DNA of 64,000 nt from a virus, in the IMG/VR virus record IMGVR_UViG_3300017783_004014. One strand, 5' to 3'. A program made the position numbers and the translations under genes. The notes under the pieces are model-generated. The model made no database searches, was not told the origin of the DNA, and worked only from the letters and a program-made list of their open reading frames with translations. Position 1 is the stretch's first letter; each line of letters opens with the position of its first letter. Positions 38,315-48,159 of this stretch are shown piece by piece.

Positions 38315-39750
38315 TACATGCAGACTTAAGACTAAGTTCTCAAGAAGAAAATCCTTTTGTTCATGTTGTAACAGATCAGCAGATGCATCCTAACATTGAA
38401 AATAATGAGTATGTTAGAATATTAAAAAAAGTTTTAAACATCAGTCTGACAAATCATGTTCATGGTTCTATTTGCACAATGTATGGTGCAATCAATAGTA
38501 GAGACTTTGAAGAACTTACTAAAAGGTTTAAAAAAGATGGATACAAATATGTTTGTTTTTGGTTTGAGGGAAGTCAGCCAATGGAAGGATTTGAAGAAGC
38601 CTTTTTAGAGTTTTGCGAGGAATGTGACGACTGGCAAGTTATGGGACATATTTTAAATAGAAGACTTCCTGTGTTTCACGAACAGGTTGTTGTATTGAAT
38701 TTACAAAATATAGATCATATTAATTTTGATTTAGTTGATGGAGAAGATTATCCAAGATATTTTCAAAGCGATGAACACATACACGATGACTATACACCAA
38801 TGTGGATTAAAGGAAATCATGCTGATGGCTGGTTTAATTATGAACAGGAAGTTTCTGATGAGTTTAATAACTTTTTTGATCATTTTTTATATAATTGTTT
38901 ACAATTTGGATATGAGATTCTAAATTTTCCTGAAGAAATTAGAAGTGTTAAATTTTGTGTGTATCCAGAAGATGATGTTGAACACACACTAGACTGGTTA
39001 ATTAATCCAGACTTTCATGCAAAAAGCTATGAAGAAAAATCACAATATAAATTTGATGAAGTTCCACATGATAAGTGGATGCTTTATGAATTTTTAAATA
39101 TGAGTAATGAGATCCTTTACGTAACCAATACAGAAGATTATCCTGATGAAAAAGCTGTTGCTACAGCAAAAGATACAAATATAATTATTTGTCCTGCAAG
39201 TGGATTAAATCAATTTTTGTTTGCAATGCCTCACATAGAAACACTTGAAAAAATTATTTGGGCAGATTTTAATCCACTGAGTATACGTTGGTTAAAGTAT
39301 ATAATAGACGAATGGGATGGGAAAAACTTTAGAGATTTTTTTGAAAATAGTAAACCTCTTTTACTCACATGGGGATTAAAAGATTTAGAATTTTTAAACT
39401 ATAGAGAGAAACAAGTAGATGAACTTACAGAAATGTTTAACAGTAGTAGAATTAATAAAATGTATAATCGTCTTAGACAAATAGAACATGTGTTTTTAAA
39501 CATAGATATTGTTAATCAATACGATCAAATATTACCACATGCTGTTAACGGTAATGTCATTTTGCAAGTAAGTAATATTTACAGTTATGAAATAAATTAT
39601 ATCACTAACAAATATTATAAAGCACAACAAGAGTTTTATGGCTTAGTAAATGGATTACTTGAAAATAATTTTAATGTTTACTTTAGAGGAGATACACCTC
39701 AAGGAACATATTATGAAATGACAAACATAGGAAAGATAGGTAGCTTATGA
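38311..39750 (+). CDS. Unknown family paralog 2
   Basis: GHIL..PVFHEQ, HDDYTPMWI, YVTNTE, PASGLNQF, WADFNP, SNIYSYE, YFRGDTP. Confidence 0.65.
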   Translation: MIHADLRLSSQEENPFVHVVTDQQMHPNIENNEYVRILKKVLNISLTNHVHGSICTMYGAINSRDFEELTKRFKKDGYKYVCFWFEGSQPMEGFEEAFLEFCEECDDWQVMGHILNRRLPVFHEQVVVLNLQNIDHINFDLVDGEDYPRYFQSDEHIHDDYTPMWIKGNHADGWFNYEQEVSDEFNNFFDHFLYNCLQFGYEILNFPEEIRSVKFCVYPEDDVEHTLDWLINPDFHAKSYEEKSQYKFDEVPHDKWMLYEFLNMSNEILYVTNTEDYPDEKAVATAKDTNIIICPASGLNQFLFAMPHIETLEKIIWADFNPLSIRWLKYIIDEWDGKNFRDFFENSKPLLLTWGLKDLEFLNYREKQVDELTEMFNSSRINKMYNRLRQIEHVFLNIDIVNQYDQILPHAVNGNVILQVSNIYSYEINYITNKYYKAQQEFYGLVNGLLENNFNVYFRGDTPQGTYYEMTNIGKIGSL

Positions 39751-41162
39751 GATTTAATTTAGAACTTTCAACATCGCCAGAATACGGTCGTATAGTTCAT
39801 GTACTAACTAAAGATGATCTTTTACAGGGTATAGAAAATAACGAATACATGAGAATACTTAAAACAGTAACACACAATTCACTTGTAAACACTGCTGATG
39901 GATCATTGTTAGAATGGCATGCTGGAATGCACGAACCTAATCATTTTAATTATCTAGTTAGATATATGAAACAATTAAATTTTGAATATATGTTTCTCTG
40001 GTATGAAGGTAATAAAGTCGAACATGGAATAGAAGATGCATTTTTAGAATGGACAAAATATAGATCAGCAGACTGGACTATGATGGGACATATACTTTAT
40101 AGAAAAGGAAGATGTCCTGTATTTCACGAACAATGTGTTGTTATCAATCTTAAAAATATCAATGAGGATACTAACTTAATATACTTTGATGAAGAAAATG
40201 CAGACTTCGTTGCTAGTAAAGAAAATGTACATGATGACTATACACCTTTGTGGATAAAGTCTGCTCCTGGTAGTCATAACAGAGAAAAAAGATCTAAGAG
40301 TATTTTAGATACTATCATGTGGAATTTACTTAGTCAAGGTCATACAGTGGTTAACGTGCCACACAGTATGCGTGACTTAAAATTTTGTCCATATGCTGAT
40401 GAGGATCAGGAAGAAACAGTAGCATGGTTGCTAGACGACAATCTAAGCAAAATGACATTAGAAGAAGGTTTTGAACTCTGGGACAAAATTGGCGAAGATA
40501 AAGAGATACTTGCTGAGTGTATATTACAAAAAGATGTAGTCTATGTTACAAACACAGATGATACTGAGGTAATGTTTCAACCAGATGTAGATACACTTAT
40601 TGGACCAGCTAGTGGACTTAATCAATTTATGTATGCTGTATTGAATATTAAAACTATTAAAAGAATGGTATGGACTGATTTTAGTCCACTTGCTATATGG
40701 TGGACAAAATATATTTTAGAAAATTGGAATGGTAGAGACTTTAGAGACTTTTGGTTTGCCCATAAACATAAACTGGAACAACGAGCAAACGATCCAAAAC
40801 TAATAGAAGTAAATTTTGACAAATTAGATACGCTGAATGATTATTTTAATGAACTAGATGATTCTATGTGGACAACAATACAAAGTTTAGATCATGTATT
40901 TTTAGAAATAGACTTGATCAAAGATTATCATAAGGTATTAGACGTAGTAAAAGACTCTAATGTTTTCATGCAAATGACAAATATCTACATGTATGAAGCT
41001 AATTTTATTTTTAATAAATACCATAAAGTATTTGAATCTTTTTATAGTTTCTTAAACAAAATGGTAAGTGCTAATAAGAATGTATATTTTATTGGCGACA
41101 CACCGCATGGTAGGAAATACAGATATGAGCCTATTAATTTAAATAGAGTAGATAAAATTTAG
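39747..41162 (+). CDS. Unknown family paralog 3
   Basis: GHIL..PVFHEQ, HDDYTPLWI, YVTNTD, PASGLNQF, WTDFSP, TNIYMYE, YFIGDTP. Confidence 0.65.
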   Translation: MRFNLELSTSPEYGRIVHVLTKDDLLQGIENNEYMRILKTVTHNSLVNTADGSLLEWHAGMHEPNHFNYLVRYMKQLNFEYMFLWYEGNKVEHGIEDAFLEWTKYRSADWTMMGHILYRKGRCPVFHEQCVVINLKNINEDTNLIYFDEENADFVASKENVHDDYTPLWIKSAPGSHNREKRSKSILDTIMWNLLSQGHTVVNVPHSMRDLKFCPYADEDQEETVAWLLDDNLSKMTLEEGFELWDKIGEDKEILAECILQKDVVYVTNTDDTEVMFQPDVDTLIGPASGLNQFMYAVLNIKTIKRMVWTDFSPLAIWWTKYILENWNGRDFRDFWFAHKHKLEQRANDPKLIEVNFDKLDTLNDYFNELDDSMWTTIQSLDHVFLEIDLIKDYHKVLDVVKDSNVFMQMTNIYMYEANFIFNKYHKVFESFYSFLNKMVSANKNVYFIGDTPHGRKYRYEPINLNRVDKI

Positions 41163-41172
41163 GAGAAAATAA

Positions 41173-41916
41173 ATGTGGGTAGACCAAGGACCAGTACATT
41201 ATCCAATAGAGGTAAATGAAAGAACTAGAAAATTCTTTGAAGAAAATGAATTCAAAGAACAAAAGTTATCTGGATTAGACAAAGGCTTGTTATATGATGA
41301 GCATGACCCTAACAAAGTTATTGACAATACATTATTACCGTGGATACCTGTGCCCATTGAAGTGCCGCACAAGGAAATACTAGAAGAATCTATGCATTTA
41401 CTTGATACAGGATGTTTTACAGCTCACAGACCTGATAGTAGTGGTTGGTTGAGTATATGTATACATGGTATGAGTAGTGTACATACAAACTGTCCTGAGG
41501 ACTATAACATGCCAGACGAAATGGAAGATGAACTTAGCACATGGACTGATATTGCACGTTACTGTCCACGTACAGTTGAGTGGATGAAAGATACAGTATG
41601 CTATGAAAAATATACTAGAGTTAGATATATGGCAGTATTGCCAGATGGTTGGCTAATGCCACATGTAGATAGACAACGTTTTACTGGTGTAGGTGCAACT
41701 AATGTTGCAATTAATAATCCCGAAGGCTGTAAGTTGGTAATGAAAGACTGGGGAGAAATGCCTTTTGATCCTGGCAAGATGTTTAAGATTAATACTGGAT
41801 ACGAACATGCGGTATGGAACAGATCAGATGAGCCTCGCATTCATATGATTTTTGATGGTGACATGGGCGACTACTTTAAAAGCAAAGTATTGGAAGGTTA
41901 CAAACCTTATGCCTAA
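41173..41916 (+). CDS. Aspartyl/asparaginyl beta-hydroxylase-like 2OG-Fe(II) oxygenase
   Basis: RVRYM..LMPHVD, INTGYEHAVWN.SDEPRIHMIFD. Confidence 0.85.
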   Translation: MWVDQGPVHYPIEVNERTRKFFEENEFKEQKLSGLDKGLLYDEHDPNKVIDNTLLPWIPVPIEVPHKEILEESMHLLDTGCFTAHRPDSSGWLSICIHGMSSVHTNCPEDYNMPDEMEDELSTWTDIARYCPRTVEWMKDTVCYEKYTRVRYMAVLPDGWLMPHVDRQRFTGVGATNVAINNPEGCKLVMKDWGEMPFDPGKMFKINTGYEHAVWNRSDEPRIHMIFDGDMGDYFKSKVLEGYKPYA

Positions 41917-42973
41917 GTGTCTAATGTTTGATCATGGATTAACAATTAATCCTAGAGGAAAAGTTAGACCTTGTTGTGTATACGACAATGCTGACATCAA
42001 TTTCAAAATTGATGAAGAAGAAAAGTGGAGACCGTATTTTAAACAACAAGGCAAAGAAATGGAATCCGGAGATTGGATTGCTGAATGCGAAGAATGTAAA
42101 CTAGAAGAACACACTCTGGGCAGAAGTTTGAGAACAAGATCTCTTGACCTTTATGACAACAGAGATGATTTGACAGGAATAGGCTATTGGGATTTAAAAA
42201 TTAGTAATACATGTAATTTATGGTGTAGAATGTGTAGCGGTGGAGATAGTAGCACATGGGTTAAAAACATCAAACAAAATCCCAATCATAAGTGGGCAAA
42301 GCATTTACTAGGACATGACGAGCATAGAAATACATGGCATGATACTTATCTACCTTCTGTTAAAGAAAAAATTATACATGCTGAGACAGTAAAATTTACA
42401 GGTGGAGAACCTATGCTTGTGAAACATGTAAAACAAGTTATACAACATTTAATTGATACTGAATTTAGTTATAACATTGAATTATTAATAACAACAAACG
42501 GAACTGTTCCATTTACAGGTTGGTGGCAAGATATTATTCCAAAATTTAAATTTGTAAACATTACATTAAGCATAGATGGAATTGGTGACAGATTTGAATA
42601 TCAGAGAGCAAATGCAAGTTGGAAAGAAGTTGCATACAATTCACGAGTATTAGCAAAAAAAGTGAACATATATGATAATTTATTTGTTGGTATTAATTAT
42701 ACAAATACTGCTATCAATGCCGCATGTAAAAAAGATACAGAAAAATGGGCAAAGGAACAAGGAATATATTTTAACCAAGGTGGAGTAGAAGTATTACAAC
42801 CTGGATATATGAGTTATAAAAGTTTACCAAATCATTTGAGAGAAAGATTTGGTGTTAAAGGATATCATGATTTTGATCCTAAAATGTTAGAAATGTTAAA
42901 AAAACAAATGTCAATTATGGACAAAATACAGGGCACAAGTTTTGAAAATACTTGCCCAGAATTTTTTGAATAG
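41909..42973 (+). CDS. N-terminal-twitch radical SAM protein (RS6)
   Basis: KC..GKVRPCC..ECEEC..SLR; CNLWCRMC; FTGGEP. Confidence 0.9.
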   Translation: MPKCLMFDHGLTINPRGKVRPCCVYDNADINFKIDEEEKWRPYFKQQGKEMESGDWIAECEECKLEEHTLGRSLRTRSLDLYDNRDDLTGIGYWDLKISNTCNLWCRMCSGGDSSTWVKNIKQNPNHKWAKHLLGHDEHRNTWHDTYLPSVKEKIIHAETVKFTGGEPMLVKHVKQVIQHLIDTEFSYNIELLITTNGTVPFTGWWQDIIPKFKFVNITLSIDGIGDRFEYQRANASWKEVAYNSRVLAKKVNIYDNLFVGINYTNTAINAACKKDTEKWAKEQGIYFNQGGVEVLQPGYMSYKSLPNHLRERFGVKGYHDFDPKMLEMLKKQMSIMDKIQGTSFENTCPEFFE

Positions 42974-42982
42974 GAAATTAAA

Positions 42983-43888
42983 ATGAATTACGGAGAATTT
43001 GAAACTAGTGGGAACAGCATATGGAATCAACCTTTCTTTGATCACTTGGAAGAAAACTATTTTTCCAACGTTCCACTTGATGGAATGCAACAAGAAGCAG
43101 ATGAGTTTCTCAACATATATCCAGAATGGATATTATCAAGTAAAATGAATAAATTTACAGGCTTTGATAAATTACCATATCGATTTGTAAGTCTAGGAAC
43201 TACACAAGCAATGGACTGGTGGCACTATTGGACTATGTCAGAAGGTAGACGTCTGAGAATGTACAAGGGAGAATATCCTTACAACAGAGATGTGCTATTA
43301 GAAGAAGAGTGGATGAACATACGTTATATTGACGAAACACCACTTGCTCCTGGTGACAGTGTAATTATAAGTTTTCCATTCAGTGGCACAGGTGGTAAAC
43401 ATTCAGAAATGGAAAAAATGTTTGATTTATGCGACGAAATGGATATTCCTGTGTTTGTTGATTGTGCATGGTTCGGAACGTGTTATGACTTAGAAGGAGA
43501 TCTTAACAGAGATTGTATCAAAATGATTGCATTTAGCACAACAAAAGGTTTAAGCTGTGGCAATTGGCGTAGCGGAATTGTGTTTAGTAGACTTGATGTA
43601 GGATCTTTGAGTGTGCAAACAGAATGGCATCATGGTATACATTTAAATGTATCATTGGCAAATTGTTTATTCAAAGAATTTTCTCCAGATACAGTTCCAA
43701 AAAAGTTTAAAGTTTCACAACATGCGGTATGTGAACATTATGGGCTGGAACCTACTAGCACTATTCATATTGCACAAGCACCTAAAACAGATGAATGGAA
43801 TCACTTTGCTAGAGATGGTGCATATAATAGAGTAAATATAAGGAAGGCCGTAAAAAGATATAAATCAACTGGGGAATTTAGCCACTAA
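42983..43888 (+). CDS. Fold-type I PLP-dependent enzyme (aminotransferase or decarboxylase)
   Basis: LGTTQA, GEYPY, IISFPFSGTG, VFVDCAW (PLP Asp), FSTTKG (Schiff-base Lys). Confidence 0.7.
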   Translation: MNYGEFETSGNSIWNQPFFDHLEENYFSNVPLDGMQQEADEFLNIYPEWILSSKMNKFTGFDKLPYRFVSLGTTQAMDWWHYWTMSEGRRLRMYKGEYPYNRDVLLEEEWMNIRYIDETPLAPGDSVIISFPFSGTGGKHSEMEKMFDLCDEMDIPVFVDCAWFGTCYDLEGDLNRDCIKMIAFSTTKGLSCGNWRSGIVFSRLDVGSLSVQTEWHHGIHLNVSLANCLFKEFSPDTVPKKFKVSQHAVCEHYGLEPTSTIHIAQAPKTDEWNHFARDGAYNRVNIRKAVKRYKSTGEFSH

Positions 43889-45105
43889 TGAAAACAACTA
43901 AACCATTACCAAGTAAAACATTTTGCGTTTTACCTTTTATGCATATTGCTACAAATCCTGGCGGTAGTTATAGATTATGTTGTAATAGCAATCCAAATAA
44001 CAATCAGATCAAAGATGAAAACGGAAAACCATTTAAAATTTTTAAACATGATGTAGAAGAAGTCTGGAATAGCGAACATTATAAAAAAATTCGCAAGCAA
44101 TTTATTGATGGCGAAATGCCTAGCACATGTGAAAGATGTTACAGAGAAGAAGATTCGGGAATTCGTAGTCCACGTGCAGGTTTTAATGAAAAATGGTGGA
44201 CAGATGATGTTATTGTTGCAGAAGATATTCCAGTTGATATTCGCTACATTGATTTGCGTTTAGGTAACTTATGTAATTTAAAATGCCGTATGTGTAATCC
44301 TTGGGCTAGCAGTATGTGGGTAAAAGATTGGAATGAAGTAGTTCCTACAGCAAAACTTGCTCCATCTGATCCTATAAATGATGACACACTTGCGTACATG
44401 AAAGTTATGACTGAATGGCCAGACTATAAAAAAACAGAACTAAACTTTCAAGATATTTCACATACTGTTGAAGAAATATATCTTACAGGTGGTGAGCCAA
44501 CACTAGCAGTATCTCAATATAAATTACTAGACTATTGCATTGAAAATAATTTAGCAAAAAATATTAGATTGAAGTATAACACTAATTTGACAAATATTCC
44601 TCCTAAAATGATAGAATACTGGGCAGACTTTAAACGTGTTCAATTAAACTGTTCTATTGATGCAGTAGGCGAACGTGATAGATATATTAGATATCCAAGC
44701 AATTGGAAAAAAGTAGAACAAAATTTTGATGCTCTAAGTAAATTACCAAACGTTAATATTCAAATACACTGTACAGTTCAAGCTCTAAATATTTGTGTAT
44801 TACATGAATTATTAGATTTTGCTGGTAGTAGAGGCTTAGAAGGAGATCAAGTATATCTTAATATTCTTAATCATCCTAGTTGTTTAAACATTAGAGTGCT
44901 TCCTATGGAACTAAAAAATATGGCTGCAAACAGTCTTGCTGAATATTTTCATTGGCCAAAAGTTGAAGATACAATCAAATATATGTTTGCAGAAGATTGG
45001 CATGAAAAACATTGGGAAGAATTTAAAGCATACAATCTTAAAACTGATACACTTCAAAAAATGAATTTGTTAGAAACTTGTAAGGAATTTAATAGTTTTG
45101 TCTAG
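43888..45105 (+). CDS. N-terminal-twitch radical SAM protein (RS7)
   Basis: FCVLPF..GSYRLCC..TCERC..SPR; CNLKCRMC; LTGGEP. Confidence 0.92.
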   Translation: MKTTKPLPSKTFCVLPFMHIATNPGGSYRLCCNSNPNNNQIKDENGKPFKIFKHDVEEVWNSEHYKKIRKQFIDGEMPSTCERCYREEDSGIRSPRAGFNEKWWTDDVIVAEDIPVDIRYIDLRLGNLCNLKCRMCNPWASSMWVKDWNEVVPTAKLAPSDPINDDTLAYMKVMTEWPDYKKTELNFQDISHTVEEIYLTGGEPTLAVSQYKLLDYCIENNLAKNIRLKYNTNLTNIPPKMIEYWADFKRVQLNCSIDAVGERDRYIRYPSNWKKVEQNFDALSKLPNVNIQIHCTVQALNICVLHELLDFAGSRGLEGDQVYLNILNHPSCLNIRVLPMELKNMAANSLAEYFHWPKVEDTIKYMFAEDWHEKHWEEFKAYNLKTDTLQKMNLLETCKEFNSFV

Positions 45106-46231
45106 ATGTACTAGTATAAAAAATCAGTTCTTTTTTGATCCTGATGGACTTAACACATACTGTTGTGAAAGTGTTCCACCTGGTACGCCAGAACGAAAAC
45201 AATTTAAACTTCAAGATTGGGATGCAAAACGTACATACGAACTAGACTTATATGAAAAAAGTAAACAAGGATGGCTAGAAGAATGTTTGCTTTGTAAACG
45301 CAATGAAGACAGAGATGGCGAAAGTATGAGAACTAGGATTAACGCAGACCACGATGAACAAGATAATGATTATATACAAAGTGCTATCATAAAAACAAGT
45401 AATCATTGTAATATGGGATGCAGAATGTGTGAGCCAAGTTTAAGCACGTTTTGGCAAAGAGTTGTTAAGAAAAATCCTAGTAAAGAATTCAATGCGGGCA
45501 AATATCAATTAGATGAACCTACAGATAATGATATGGAAATACTCAAAGATAAAGTTTTTACAGAACATCTACATAACATTGTTTTCAGTGGCGGTGAAAG
45601 TTTACTCAGTAAAAAGAATTATCAAATTATTGAACACTTGTTAGAGACAGGACATTGCAAAAACATTGCATTACACATCACTACAAACGGTAGTGTTAAA
45701 ATAAAAGACGCATGGCTTGATGCAAGTAAACACTTTAAACAGTTTACAATGGAGTTTAGTATCGATGGTGGTGGACATGTGTATGAATATATTAGACCAG
45801 GATCCAGTTGGGACACTCTAGTAGATGTAATCAATTATACAAAGAATGTAGCACCAGATACAGAATGGTTGTTTAACTATGTTGCTCAAGCGTTAAATGC
45901 ACATCACATGGATGAAGATGAGCGTATGGTAATGGGATTATTTGATGGGGTTAAACTTATTGATCCAGAATGGGCAGATCATCTAAGTATATGTTATCAA
46001 ATGCCAGAGGATAGTTATGTTGTAGTGCATCCCAAACTAAGAGAAAAATATGGTATTGGTTATTGGACAGAAGATTTTGATTTTTGCGAAGAGACTTTTG
46101 CAAAATTTATGCGTAAAATGGCATGGCTAGATAAAGCACATGGAACCAGTTTAGAAAAACTTAATCCGGACTTTTTTGATACAAACATTTATTCAAAGGA
46201 AAAAATTAATGAATATTATCGCAACAGGTAA
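45098..46231 (+). CDS. N-terminal-twitch radical SAM protein (RS8)
   Basis: RC..TYCC..ECLLC..SMR; CNMGCRMC; FSGGE. Confidence 0.88.
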   Translation: MSRCTSIKNQFFFDPDGLNTYCCESVPPGTPERKQFKLQDWDAKRTYELDLYEKSKQGWLEECLLCKRNEDRDGESMRTRINADHDEQDNDYIQSAIIKTSNHCNMGCRMCEPSLSTFWQRVVKKNPSKEFNAGKYQLDEPTDNDMEILKDKVFTEHLHNIVFSGGESLLSKKNYQIIEHLLETGHCKNIALHITTNGSVKIKDAWLDASKHFKQFTMEFSIDGGGHVYEYIRPGSSWDTLVDVINYTKNVAPDTEWLFNYVAQALNAHHMDEDERMVMGLFDGVKLIDPEWADHLSICYQMPEDSYVVVHPKLREKYGIGYWTEDFDFCEETFAKFMRKMAWLDKAHGTSLEKLNPDFFDTNIYSKEKINEYYRNR

Positions 46232-46772
46232 TCCAGAATTTGGTGTAGCAAATGCAATTGCAGAGCGTTGGCCAGATACTGAATTTGTAGGTAGAACAAC
46301 ATGGGGTTACGATTTAACAGAAAACGGTTATAAAGCAAAGCTAGCAGAAAAGGCTCTTAAATATGATGTTTTTATTAATTGCAGCGCACTATGGCAGTAC
46401 CATCAAACTTTACTACTAGATGTTGTCTACAAACATGCCTTAACCAACCTAAAACGGCTACATATTGTGTCTTTAGGCAGTACAACTGACAGAGCCACCA
46501 AAGGCTCAGACTGGCATTATCAACAAGAAAAAAAAGCATTGCGCTCAACTAGCAATGCATTAGGACTTAAAAGTATATGGGCAGGTGGTCCTAAAGTAAC
46601 ATATGTAACATTTGGAACATTAGAGAATAATGCACATAAACATCCTGGTCGTAAAGTAATGACTTTAAATGAGGCTGTAGATTTGATTGACTTTTCTATC
46701 AATATGCCGTATCATTTAAACGTAAACGAATTAAGTGTTGATCCTATACAAACAGATTGGCCAGAGGAATAA
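46209..46772 (+). CDS. Short-chain dehydrogenase/reductase
   Basis: IIATGNPEFGVA, DVFINCSA, VSLGS, YQQEK (YxxxK). Confidence 0.75.
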   Translation: MNIIATGNPEFGVANAIAERWPDTEFVGRTTWGYDLTENGYKAKLAEKALKYDVFINCSALWQYHQTLLLDVVYKHALTNLKRLHIVSLGSTTDRATKGSDWHYQQEKKALRSTSNALGLKSIWAGGPKVTYVTFGTLENNAHKHPGRKVMTLNEAVDLIDFSINMPYHLNVNELSVDPIQTDWPEE

Positions 46773-46774
46773 TA

Positions 46775-47941
46775 ATGAGTGACGATCTAAAATGGAGTGA
46801 ATACGACTTTACTAAAACACCATACGATGATTTAGTTAGAGTGGGTCAACGAACTATGCTGTATCGTGATATGTTTACAGTAAGTTGGCTACTTGGACGC
46901 TTCTGCAACTATCGTTGTAGTTACTGTTGGCCCTATGCTAGAAGTGATAGGAAAGACCATCGTCCTACAGAACTTTGTTTAAAGACAGTTGATGAAATTA
47001 AAAGACAGGCTAGAGAGCGTGGATTTAACAGTTACCACTTTTCGTTAAGTGGAGGAGAGCCAACATTTCATCCTGGATATCTTGATATCATGAAACACTT
47101 ATCAGATGATGCACCAAACACAAATTATACAAGTGTACACATGACAAGTAATTGTAGTAGACCTATGAAGTGGTTTGAAACTTATGTGGACCATGCAAGT
47201 AAATTTCATAGAGCTAGTATTACAGCAAGTCTACACACAGAGCATGTAAATTCTCCTGAAAAGATGCAGCAGTTTGCAGACAAATTAATATTCTGTCAAG
47301 AGCATGATGTGCAGGTTACAATTAATCAAGTTATGGTTCCTGAGTGGTTTGAACGTGATTGGGAAAATGCGTTATTTTTTCATAATCAAGGTATTAATGT
47401 AACACTAAAACCTCAAAGTGATCCAACAGCAAGTAAAATTGTAGGTGGTTATACAGATGAAATGAAGCAAAGGTTATGGAATGGTATGCCACAACGTGCA
47501 TACACAGAAGCAAAAGCAAAACAAACACAATATGTTGAAAGACCAATACCAACATTTATGATTGATAAAGATGATGATTATAGAAAACAAAGTGCTGGTG
47601 TTCCGTGGCACATGCAAATAGAATTTAGAGATAGTAAGGGAGACCCTTACTACATGGATCAAGCGGAGAGATTTAATGCATTTAACTTCAACAACTTTAA
47701 TGGATGGGAATGTAGTTCAGGTTACCGTTCAATTATTATTCGAGAGCCTGACGGAAGTATCAAACGTAGTTACTCTTGTCACGATCAGCCTTTAGGTAAC
47801 ATCGAGACAGGCTTTAAATTGTTTGATGGTCCTACTAAATGTACAACAGGTGCTTGTGTAAGTAGTGCTGATAGTAAAATACCCAAACGCAAGCCAGGTG
47901 TTAAAATGCCTTTGTTTCCAGGCGATACAACATTTAAATGA
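46775..47941 (+). CDS. Radical SAM protein with C-terminal Cys-rich SPASM/twitch-like region (RS9)
   Basis: CNYRCSYC, LSGGEP, C-terminal ECSSG..DGSIKRSYSC..KCTTGAC. Confidence 0.9.
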   Translation: MSDDLKWSEYDFTKTPYDDLVRVGQRTMLYRDMFTVSWLLGRFCNYRCSYCWPYARSDRKDHRPTELCLKTVDEIKRQARERGFNSYHFSLSGGEPTFHPGYLDIMKHLSDDAPNTNYTSVHMTSNCSRPMKWFETYVDHASKFHRASITASLHTEHVNSPEKMQQFADKLIFCQEHDVQVTINQVMVPEWFERDWENALFFHNQGINVTLKPQSDPTASKIVGGYTDEMKQRLWNGMPQRAYTEAKAKQTQYVERPIPTFMIDKDDDYRKQSAGVPWHMQIEFRDSKGDPYYMDQAERFNAFNFNNFNGWECSSGYRSIIIREPDGSIKRSYSCHDQPLGNIETGFKLFDGPTKCTTGACVSSADSKIPKRKPGVKMPLFPGDTTFK

Positions 47942-48159
47942 ATCGAAATTGGGGACTGAAAAGCATGCGTCACAGCGAACAACCAGACGCAAAAGAAATA
48001 TTTGCCTGGATACCTACACGTGTTACAAGCGGTAAAATAGTTTGGTTAAAACATTATTGGCATGTAAGATTATTTACTAATGTGGAACCCAAGCACAAGT
48101 GGGTTATGGATCATTACTATACAGAATATGAATATTTTCTTAAAAAATTAAGTAGTTAA
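47938..48159 (+). CDS. Small hypothetical protein
   Basis: FAWIPTRVTSGKIVWL..Y; last + strand gene before the strand switch. Confidence 0.55.
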   Translation: MNRNWGLKSMRHSEQPDAKEIFAWIPTRVTSGKIVWLKHYWHVRLFTNVEPKHKWVMDHYYTEYEYFLKKLSS

